A DNA stretch of 31,878 nt from a virus. The first letter of the stretch is position 1. Every line of letters starts with the position of its first letter. The stretch lies in the IMG/VR virus record IMGVR_UViG_3300045988_091287; one strand, 5' to 3'. This document shows, in pieces, positions 1 through 6,215 of the stretch. The notes below the pieces were generated by a model. It searched no databases and had not been told where the DNA came from. It was given only the letters and a program-made list of their open reading frames with translations. The position numbers and the translations under genes were made by a program.

Positions 1-55
1 TTTGCTTTCTTTCCTCGGCCTCCTCGAGAAGTCGAGAACACGGGGTATATATCTA
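1..55. repeat. Terminal overlap, copy 1 (identical to 31824-31878); circular-assembly signature
   Basis: Exact 55-nt identity read by eye: tttgctttctttcctcggcctcctcgagaagtcgagaacacggggtatatatcta. Confidence 0.95.
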
Positions 56-107
56 CGTCAATATATTCTCCGCATATATATTTTTTCTCTCTGTACAGAC
101 ATCGCAT
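1..107 (-). CDS. N-terminal segment of the HUH Rep gene, continuing across the circular junction from 31878 (nt 1-55 duplicate 31824-31878)
   Basis: The minus-strand frame upstream of GTG 41-39 (equal to 31864-31862) stays open to ATG 107-105. That ATG is preceded by AGGAGG (120-115) with a 7-nt spacer and by an in-frame TAA at 128-126. This adds MRCLYREKKYICGEYIDVDIYP to the N-terminus. Confidence 0.6.
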   Translation of the reverse strand, partial: MRCLYREKKYICGEYIDVDIYPVFSTSRGGRGKKA

Positions 108-134
108 ATATATTCCTCCTATCGCTTAGTGTAG

Positions 135-209
135 GTAAGGGGGAGAGGGGATAAAGAGCGGCGGCTTGTTAGCCGCCTTAAAGAGAAAGCTCCTCCCTCT
201 CCCCCTTAC
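135..209. repeat. Nested inverted repeat: perfect 15-bp outer arms enclosing a 7-bp inner hairpin
   Basis: Outer arms are gtaagggggagaggg (135-149) and ccctctcccccttac (195-209). The inner hairpin is ggcggct-tgtt-agccgcc (160-177). The structure lies between the target-2 gene and the Rep start. Confidence 0.8.
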
Positions 210-343
210 AATCCCCCTCGCCCTCCGCTTTCTCCATAGACACAACAGATTTATTTTTTGTGCATAAAGATAATATCCATTACAAGCCCTGCAACGCTCA
301 GACCGAGCGATTTGTTTTTTGTACTATATATAAAGGGCACAAA

Positions 344-376
344 AGCGACTGCCTTTGATTTTGACAGACAGTCGCT
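344..376 (-). terminator. Possible rho-independent terminator after the DGR target-2 gene
   Basis: 8-bp stem agcgactg (344-351) / cagtcgct (369-376), extendable with a wobble pair. On the minus strand it is followed by TTTGTGCCCTTT. The loop is large, so this is only moderately convincing. Confidence 0.4.
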
Positions 377-389
377 CTATTATGGAAAA

Positions 390-935
390 TTATTCAGCGG
401 ATATAAGCTGCGCCTGTCGGCGCAATGTAAGATTATCAGAATTAAATAAGCAAACCGGGGCGAGCCCGTTACTGTAGTTCGCACCGACGTAGTTGCTGAT
501 AGCTCCTGTCGGGTGGACGTTACGCACGATGTTAGCGTTGCCAGTGTCGCACCTCCAAGGAGTGAGCGTCCACATACATTCTTCAAACAGCGGTACATAG
601 TCTCTATACTTGCGGTACTGCTCGCAGGAAAGGAGCGTTATATAGTCCTCGCACGTTCCGTAAGCCTTGTCGCCGTTGTCCGCAGTAAGGTTTGATGTCT
701 GTTTTATAAGGTGTTTTGCGTCGAAATGCTCCTCTAGCACATCTTCATTGAGAAAGCGACGGAGCGTTGACGTTTTCCAGTTGTTACAACCGTCATTGTA
801 ATTATCGTTGAAACGTTTTTCACACCAACAATCGGCCGTTATTGCTAGATAGTTGCCGCCGATAATATCGAGGCATATAAAACGTATACCATTATATACG
901 AACTCCTCACCGGGTCTTAGTTTGATCTCATTCAT
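390..935 (-). CDS. DGR variable protein 2 (free-standing 181-aa ligand-binding-type domain with a C-terminal VR)
   Basis: The C-terminus ...WTLTPWRCDTGNANIVRNVHPTGAISNYVGANYSNGLAPVC is encoded by VR2, which matches the TR. It is paralogous to the C-terminus of the 462-aa target. The start region has a SD (aggaggaattacaATG). Confidence 0.8.
   Translation of the reverse strand: MNEIKLRPGEEFVYNGIRFICLDIIGGNYLAITADCWCEKRFNDNYNDGCNNWKTSTLRRFLNEDVLEEHFDAKHLIKQTSNLTADNGDKAYGTCEDYITLLSCEQYRKYRDYVPLFEECMWTLTPWRCDTGNANIVRNVHPTGAISNYVGANYSNGLAPVCLFNSDNLTLRRQAQLISAE
409..424 (-). promoter_or_regulatory. GC hairpin with 4-nt loop downstream of VR2 (candidate DGR target-recognition hairpin)
   Basis: tgcgcc-tgtc-ggcgca, with a 6-bp stem. 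It lies 30 nt beyond the GC-rich end of VR2, the same arrangement as after VR1. Confidence 0.55.
451..548 (-). repeat. DGR variable repeat 2 (VR2)
   Basis: Matches TR 12622-12716. Substitutions are seen only where the TR has T on the plus strand (A on the coding strand). There is one extra codon within 484-498. Homology stops after gccagtgt. Confidence 0.85.
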
Positions 936-946
936 TGTAATTCCTC

Positions 947-1345
947 CTATGCAAATATTATTTCACGCAGTTCTATGCCCTTTATATTTTTCAGAGAGAA
1001 GTAAACCTCCTTAGCTGTTACGTAGAAAATGTCCATTCTGCACTTATTCGCTACATCTTCATCGGCGAAATAAGACAACACCCTGTACGTTTCCGTGCCT
1101 TCTAGAGCAATATCTCGCCGCCTTAAGTAAATCGGTTCTGCCTTACTAACGCACATTCTTAGAGCGGCTGCAAGTGTTTTCCCTGCACGCCTAGCAAAAG
1201 ATATTTCCTTTGGCAATGGCTTATTGTAAAAAATGTAGCCTATCTGCCAATCGAAAAGAGATATATTAAGGCATTTGTTGATTTTCTGAACTGTTTCTTC
1301 AATCTCTTGTGGATATTCCCTCATTGGAACAACTTTCGTTTTCAT
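947..1345 (-). CDS. Hypothetical early protein (132 aa)
   Basis: Long ORF in the operon orientation, overlapping the upstream gene by 4 nt (ATGA-type coupling). No motif recognised. Confidence 0.6.
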   Translation of the reverse strand: MKTKVVPMREYPQEIEETVQKINKCLNISLFDWQIGYIFYNKPLPKEISFARRAGKTLAAALRMCVSKAEPIYLRRRDIALEGTETYRVLSYFADEDVANKCRMDIFYVTAKEVYFSLKNIKGIELREIIFA

Positions 1346-1557
1346 AAAATCTCCTCTCTTACGGTATCGGGTTTTGTTATCGTTACGCTGCTTGTATTCT
1401 TGTCGGCAAGCTCAACGTAAAGAGCGGGCTTGCCGTTGATTATTCTATAAATCAATGCCGATATACATTTATAATGAACATCTGATCTTGCCGAATAGCT
1501 ACGATCAATTACAGGGCATTGCTTTATAAACGCTTGTTTTGCTTCTTCGCTAGTCAT
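1342..1557 (-). CDS. Hypothetical early protein (71 aa)
   Basis: ORF with SD gggaggagcagcactATG, tightly packed in the operon. Confidence 0.55.
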   Translation of the reverse strand: MTSEEAKQAFIKQCPVIDRSYSARSDVHYKCISALIYRIINGKPALYVELADKNTSSVTITKPDTVREEIL

Positions 1558-1693
1558 AGTGCTGCTCCTCCCATTCTTTCTTGTGCCGCTCTAATCGGCG
1601 TTCAAACTTACTCGAACATATGCAGAGCGCAAAGCAGATAAGAGCAAGCACGATTGCAACAATGACTAGCAGTATAGTAGTCAGAACGGGCAC
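1550..1693 (-). CDS. Possible small single-pass membrane protein (47 aa, GTG start), not in the ORF track
   Basis: Hand translation: (M)PVLTTILLVIVAIVLALICFALCICSSKFERRLERHKKEWEEQHYD. It has a hydrophobic helix followed by a charged tail. It fills the gap between two genes and overlaps both neighbours. The SD is weak and the start is non-ATG. Confidence 0.3.
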   Translation of the reverse strand: MPVLTTILLVIVAIVLALICFALCICSSKFERRLERHKKEWEEQHYD

Positions 1694-2082
1694 GGCATTC
1701 TCAGCTCCATTTCTCTTTCAAGTTCTTCAAAGCCTGCTTTTGTGTTTCTGTGATTTTTGTACTGTTTCAAAAGCTTTTGACATACGGTGTAAAGGCTGCA
1801 ATAGTCCTCATAGGTTAATCTTTGACGCTCGACGAGGCGCTCGTTCTCTTTTGCGGTCTCTGCACCGTGGAGCAATTCGCTGTACTGCTCGGCAGTAAGC
1901 TTAATAACAACGTGGAACGGGCGGCTCTCAGAGCCTCTCTTGCCTTTTCTGAGTTCGTAAAGTCTATTTCTAATAGAGTTTTCCGTTCTTCCGAGAGCCG
2001 AGGCGATGTCAGCTAGGCTCTTTCCGCTGTCTGCGAGTTTTAATGCCTGCTTGTCCTCGGCGGCAGTCCACTTTTTAATCAT
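1681..2082 (-). CDS. Putative DNA-binding protein with an N-terminal Myb/SANT-like or sigma-r4-like HTH
   Basis: WTAAEDKQALKLADSGKSLADIASALGRTENSIRNRLYEL. The ATG at 2082 is preferred over the track TTG at 2088 (AGGAGG at 2097-2092). Confidence 0.6.
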   Translation of the reverse strand: MIKKWTAAEDKQALKLADSGKSLADIASALGRTENSIRNRLYELRKGKRGSESRPFHVVIKLTAEQYSELLHGAETAKENERLVERQRLTYEDYCSLYTVCQKLLKQYKNHRNTKAGFEELEREMELRMPCPF

Positions 2083-2084
2083 AA

Positions 2085-2423
2085 TCAATTAGCCTCCTGT
2101 TCGTTGTCGCAGGATAGCGCCGCTACAATTCGCTTGATAGGTGAGGCAGCGTCCCGCACTATTATCTCGGCTTCTCCGTCAATATGATTTTCGAGAAGGT
2201 TAATTTTCTTCGAGAGTGTAGATGATATGTTTTCTATGTAATTTGATACATATTCTACAGCTCCGAACTCTGCCGCCTCCTTGACGATGTTCGCCGCTTT
2301 GTATTTCGGGCACTCAACGCCCGCTAAGCGGCACATCTTTGATTTTACGGCTATAAGCTTTTCTGCGTCCGCCGTAAGTTTTGCGTATTTACTGTCGGGA
2401 ATTTCGATTGTTATTCTTTTCAT
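2085..2423 (-). CDS. Hypothetical early protein (about 112 aa)
   Basis: The likely start is ATG 2423 (MKRITIEIPD...), preceded by gaaacggagagatttcacaATG, a degenerate copy of the early-gene initiation motif. Confidence 0.55.
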   Translation of the reverse strand: MKRITIEIPDSKYAKLTADAEKLIAVKSKMCRLAGVECPKYKAANIVKEAAEFGAVEYVSNYIENISSTLSKKINLLENHIDGEAEIIVRDAASPIKRIVAALSCDNEQEAN

Positions 2424-2561
2424 TGTGAAATCTCTCCGTTTCTCTGTTACCAGGATTATATAATGCAAACTCCCTGCACGGGTAAAGCCTGCTCCATTCA
2501 ATGCACTTAAAGCAATGCTTACAATCCTTGCAAGTCAGCTCCTTGCGCTTACCGTTGCTAC

Positions 2562-2735
2562 TCAAAGCTCACTCCTTAAACAGCTTATAGCGTCTATTGC
2601 CTGTTGAATGCCGCTGAGTGCTTCATCTATGTTGTCCTCGTTATCTTCGTCGATATAACGCCCTTTGCATATTGTCAGTTCGTCGTATATCGTTTCGAGC
2701 TGTTCTTCGATTTCCTTAAGCTTTGTATCATTCAT
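2562..2735 (-). CDS. Hypothetical small acidic coiled-coil protein
   Basis: MNDTKLKEIEEQLETIYDEL... The ATG at 2735 has agggtg upstream. The track alternative is a GTG at 2759. Confidence 0.45.
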   Translation of the reverse strand: MNDTKLKEIEEQLETIYDELTICKGRYIDEDNEDNIDEALSGIQQAIDAISCLRSEL

Positions 2736-2749
2736 TGTGTTCACCCTGC

Positions 2750-4117
2750 CTATATCCACTTAAATTGACCGTCATTTTGTATAGCTATTTCTGCGTCGTA
2801 TTCTTTTTCAAGACCCGTGCCCGTCAAATCGACAAGCTCGCCAAATTCATCAAACGCACATGGTCTTGCGTCTAGTAACGCCTTTGTACTGCCGAACTTC
2901 GATATCATTCGCGAGTTTGTACCTTCGTCCGCGAAACTGTCAAATATGTTCACGTTGTGCTTTAGGCGGAACAGCTTGTACAACTCTTCGCGATAGCCGA
3001 AGCTTTCCATACAAGTCCGCCAGGCTCGGGGGTGCGTTTGGCGTAAAATAGATAAGTGATTATCCTTATACTGAATATCTGTGCCGCACATAATACAGCC
3101 GTTGCGCTTTATATGCTGCTTGTTTCCGTCGGCGTCTGTGTATTCAATATCGTAGAGCGGAGAATATTCAAGATCATACTTGCGTATGTATTCCCACACA
3201 TCATCATCAGTCCAAAACGCAAGCGGGTTGACGTGGTAAAATGCGCCGTCTTTAATGTGTGGTCTGTGACTTGCGAAAATATGTCCACGTGTCGCTATGC
3301 TTGTAAGCCTTGAATGGCTTTCAGACGCCATAAGGCCTTTAAATATAACGTCAACACCTAATTCGGCTTGCAGGCGTTCGGACGGCTCTTTTTTTAGTAA
3401 CTTGCAGCAATGTTGTGAAAACTTGCATTGACTGAGAATGCCGTAATACTCTTTTAATTCGTCTTTTTCTGATAATGTTTTTGAGTATTTCAAGAAACAT
3501 TCTATGTTAATTCTGTGGGCGTCAAGCCTGCTTGCTGCCTTGCCGAGCAACGGTGCGCCGTATTGTTCTATACAATAAGCGAACGTCTTTTTTTGTCCTG
3601 CGAAAAAGCAATTACTGTGATCTAGCACATAATCTCGTTTCTTGGCGGCAGCTATCAATGCCTTTTGACCTTTTAGCTTGCCGTCGGGCTTTAAAATCTC
3701 TTCGAGTGAGTTCTCCCGTTCAAGCTCCTCAACGAGTTCACGTGCGAAATGATAACGCAATTCATCTTCTTCGAGTTGTGATAATTTCGTTTCGTGAAAT
3801 CTATCGGAGAAATGTTCACGCCCATATTTTCGTGCAAATTTCAGACTTTCGGGAAATTCAATGCCCGTGTTGCCGAAAATGCAATGTACTGTTTTGAACT
3901 CGTCGGGAAAATATCTCTCGATAAGATCGGCGACAACCTCACTATCTTTTCCGCCCGAAAATGCGATTGCTGCTTTGTGCCGGCAGAGCCTCAACGCTCG
4001 CTTTATTACTTCAACGGCTATTCGTTCTTTTGTTTCAAGCGATAGCTCCCTAGTGTATGTATTGATTTCTCTAAATGAATACGACGACTTTATATAGTTG
4101 CCTATATTTTCAGACAT
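2750..4117 (-). CDS. PP-loop ATP pyrophosphatase / PAPS-reductase-family protein (DndC/IbrA-like size)
   Basis: PP-loop motif AFSGGKDSEV near the N-terminus and a C-terminal Cys cluster (NGCIMCG), about 455 aa. The ATG at 4117 is preferred over the track GTG at 4126. Confidence 0.8.
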   Translation of the reverse strand: MSENIGNYIKSSYSFREINTYTRELSLETKERIAVEVIKRALRLCRHKAAIAFSGGKDSEVVADLIERYFPDEFKTVHCIFGNTGIEFPESLKFARKYGREHFSDRFHETKLSQLEEDELRYHFARELVEELERENSLEEILKPDGKLKGQKALIAAAKKRDYVLDHSNCFFAGQKKTFAYCIEQYGAPLLGKAASRLDAHRINIECFLKYSKTLSEKDELKEYYGILSQCKFSQHCCKLLKKEPSERLQAELGVDVIFKGLMASESHSRLTSIATRGHIFASHRPHIKDGAFYHVNPLAFWTDDDVWEYIRKYDLEYSPLYDIEYTDADGNKQHIKRNGCIMCGTDIQYKDNHLSILRQTHPRAWRTCMESFGYREELYKLFRLKHNVNIFDSFADEGTNSRMISKFGSTKALLDARPCAFDEFGELVDLTGTGLEKEYDAEIAIQNDGQFKWI

Positions 4118-4122
4118 TGAAA

Positions 4123-4539
4123 TCACTCCGTTTCTTGTTTCTTATATTGCTTTTCGCTGTCCATTCTCGCACCGCAGCAAGGGCAATACGGCGTTGCGTC
4201 GCCCTCATTGTTGCCGTGTTCGCCGCACAACGAGCAAAAGGGTACTTTGACCGTTATGCGTTTTTTTAAAATTATAGTTGCTTTGTCTATGTTTTCTTCG
4301 GTAATAGTGCGATAGCCTTCCAGTATGCCGACATTGTCCGTGTTCACGACTTTCGTTCGTTCCTTGTAGACCCAACGCCCGTGTTTCACTTCTTGTACGT
4401 CTACGACAGGTTGTTCATTGATTATGTCAGCAATACTGCTGTTGTCACCCAGAATACCCGTTATGCCCTTTTCGTATATTGGCATACACGCTGCTGACAA
4501 TTCATCGATCAGAGACTTAGCGTCAATATATGTTTTCAT
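4123..4539 (-). CDS. Hypothetical protein with a C-terminal zinc ribbon
   Basis: CSLCG...YCPCCG (CxxC...CxxC). The ATG at 4539 is preceded by gaggaggaaaacc. Confidence 0.6.
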   Translation of the reverse strand: MKTYIDAKSLIDELSAACMPIYEKGITGILGDNSSIADIINEQPVVDVQEVKHGRWVYKERTKVVNTDNVGILEGYRTITEENIDKATIILKKRITVKVPFCSLCGEHGNNEGDATPYCPCCGARMDSEKQYKKQETE

Positions 4540-4744
4540 GGTTTTCCTCCTCATTTACTTCGCATAAAATATCATTTCGCCGCTTTTCAAGCCACTTTTC
4601 ATACTCTACCTTAACGGCGGGGTCTGAGAAATAACGCTCTACTGCCCGCAGCGTTGCCCGAGCGAAACCGTCGGCAACGTGAGAGGGAATGTCGGAGGGC
4701 TTAACGTTCAGCCTCTCGGTTTTAACTATCATCATATCGGGCAT
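4523..4744 (-). CDS. Hypothetical early protein (73 aa)
   Basis: ORF in the operon orientation with SD aaaggagggcggaacaATG. Confidence 0.5.
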   Translation of the reverse strand: MPDMMIVKTERLNVKPSDIPSHVADGFARATLRAVERYFSDPAVKVEYEKWLEKRRNDILCEVNEEENHENIY

Positions 4745-4763
4745 TGTTCCGCCCTCCTTTCGG

Positions 4764-4958
4764 TTATTTCTCAGCTCTGCACGAGCAGTAGCTACATATG
4801 CTGTTAAAGCTCATATGGTTGTAATCGCTATCGTGTGCGCAAAAATCGCACTTGCCGTCATAATAGCAATTCTCACAACACATATGATTAAAATATACAC
4901 ATTCTTTGCAGCCCTCGAGGGCGCAATCAAAGTTATAATGCAATGGTTTGTCTGACAT
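4764..4958 (-). CDS. Cysteine-rich small protein (64 aa, 11 Cys and 4 His)
   Basis: MSDKPLHYNFDCALEGCKECVYFNHMCCENCYYDGKCDFCAHDSDYNHMSFNSICSYCSCRAEK. Cys and His were counted by hand. Confidence 0.5.
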   Translation of the reverse strand: MSDKPLHYNFDCALEGCKECVYFNHMCCENCYYDGKCDFCAHDSDYNHMSFNSICSYCSCRAEK

Positions 4959-4968
4959 AGCACCGCTC

Positions 4969-5304
4969 CTATGCTTTGCCTACTTTGCCATAGCGGAAAT
5001 AGTTGACTACGGCGTATATAAAAAGCTTGTTCGTGGGCTTGCTGTCAATGCTGAAAAGCTCCGAAAATATGCGGGGTCTATGCTCGTATGCTCGGTTGAT
5101 AGCGGTGCGAATGTTTCTCTCAACAGCGCCGCTCTTTATGTTATCTTCTTTGGCGATAATATCGTAGACTTCGCCGAGATTATCAACCTTTCCTGCGTTT
5201 ATAGCAAACACGGCTCTGATGATGTAGTCAATTCCCGTATACCCTGCGGAAACGCCAATGCGCACGAGCAGCTTATAAACCTCTGCTTCTGTCACTTTCT
5301 TCAT
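4969..5304 (-). CDS. Spo0A C-terminal (DNA-binding effector) domain homologue without a receiver domain
   Basis: IGVSAGYTGIDYIIRAV...VYDIIAKEDNIKSGAVERNIRTAINRAY...SKPTNKLFIYAVVNYF aligns by eye with B. subtilis Spo0A IGVPAHIKGYLYLREAI...[28 protein letters not shown]...AKPTNSEFIAMVADKL. Confidence 0.8.
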   Translation of the reverse strand: MKKVTEAEVYKLLVRIGVSAGYTGIDYIIRAVFAINAGKVDNLGEVYDIIAKEDNIKSGAVERNIRTAINRAYEHRPRIFSELFSIDSKPTNKLFIYAVVNYFRYGKVGKA

Positions 5305-5310
5305 TTGAAA

Positions 5311-5934
5311 TCACTCCGTTTCTATGTTTTGTGGGACGTTTTCCTGCGTCCACCGTCTGAACGCCTCTAAGCCTGCTCTTGCCTCTTTCTGTTCCTGCAA
5401 GGTAACTTTCATTTTCTCCTTGTACTGGAACTTACGATAATCAACTTGTCCGACGTTTGTTTCTTCTATGTAGTTCTTTATGCCGAGCTTGCTCACTTCC
5501 TCAGCAGGCTTTGCTATGCGTTCGGCAAGCAGCGCCTCTTGAAGTCGCTGCATACGCTTTGCACCTACGCCGAATTGCTCGGCAGTCTGAATAAGGGCAA
5601 GCTTGACATTGGCTGCGAGAACGGTTTTGTTATCCTTGCTGAAATCTGAGCAGCGACGAGCTACAAAAGCGTTGATCTTGTCAACGTCAATAGAACACCT
5701 TTTAACGCCCTGTTCTAACTTGAAATCAAGTACGCCGTCACGATCCTGCTCGTTTGCCGTCTTGCAGCTCTCGGCATATGTATCAATCCACTCAATGCAG
5801 CGCTTTGAATAGAACTGCTTTGGAAACTCTTTGTTAAGAGTAAGCAAGATTGTGCAGAGCAGCTCATAGTTTCTCGAAATAGCTATGAAAGCAAGACGGT
5901 TTTTCTGATAGTCCTTAAACTTTCTGTTTGTCAT
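5311..5934 (-). CDS. Hypothetical early protein (about 207 aa)
   Basis: Long ORF. The ATG at 5934 is preceded by the conserved gaaacggagtgatttca motif. No family recognised. Confidence 0.6.
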   Translation of the reverse strand: MTNRKFKDYQKNRLAFIAISRNYELLCTILLTLNKEFPKQFYSKRCIEWIDTYAESCKTANEQDRDGVLDFKLEQGVKRCSIDVDKINAFVARRCSDFSKDNKTVLAANVKLALIQTAEQFGVGAKRMQRLQEALLAERIAKPAEEVSKLGIKNYIEETNVGQVDYRKFQYKEKMKVTLQEQKEARAGLEAFRRWTQENVPQNIETE

Positions 5935-5965
5935 TGAAATCACTCCGTTTCATTTTTTTGTCCGT

Positions 5966-6193
5966 TTAGGCTTCTCGCTGATACTTACCGCTCAACTCGC
6001 CGTCGTCGAATAAGTATTCCATAGTGAGCTTAGGGAAAAATGTTCTGCGTATCGTCTGAGCTTCCTTAAGCTTTAACCTGTCGGGGTTAGACAGCTTTTC
6101 AGATACCGTATTGACGTTAAGCCCGAGTACGGCGGCTATGTCTTTTCTTGCTATGCCGTAGCGGCTCAGTTCCGCTTCAAGGTTTCTGTACAT
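5966..6193 (-). CDS. Cro-like XRE-family HTH regulator (75 aa)
   Basis: MYRNLEAELSRYGIARKDIAAVLGLNVNTVSEKLS... The ATG at 6193 has AGGAGG at 6206-6201. It is divergent from the CI-like gene. The track start at 6253 lies in the promoter region. Confidence 0.7.
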   Translation of the reverse strand: MYRNLEAELSRYGIARKDIAAVLGLNVNTVSEKLSNPDRLKLKEAQTIRRTFFPKLTMEYLFDDGELSGKYQREA

Positions 6194-6215
6194 ATAAATA
6201 CCTCCTTTTTGTGTG

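Noticed and set aside
61-113. Repeated cgcatatatat strings (71-81 and 103-113) and TATATA runs near the junction, considered as iterons.
   Set aside because: They fall inside the reconstructed Rep N-terminal coding sequence and its SD region and are short AT-rich strings. There is not enough evidence to call them iterons.
296-320. Small hairpin cgctc-agacc-gagcg followed by a T-run, which looks like a plus-strand terminator.
   Set aside because: The stem is only 5 bp and there is no plus-strand gene upstream to terminate.
258-449. Plus-strand 63-aa ORF in the intergenic region downstream of target 2.
   Set aside because: There is no SD, it overlaps the terminator-like hairpin and the target-2 3' end, and nothing else is transcribed rightward here.
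380-598. Track ORFs 380-598(-) and 13214-13537(-) share peptide segments (…TSCVTSTRQELSATTSVRTTVTGSPRF…), which could suggest a conserved small-protein family.
   Set aside because: They are alternative reading frames of VR2 and VR1. The similarity is just the DGR repeat read out of frame, and both lie inside better-supported target genes.
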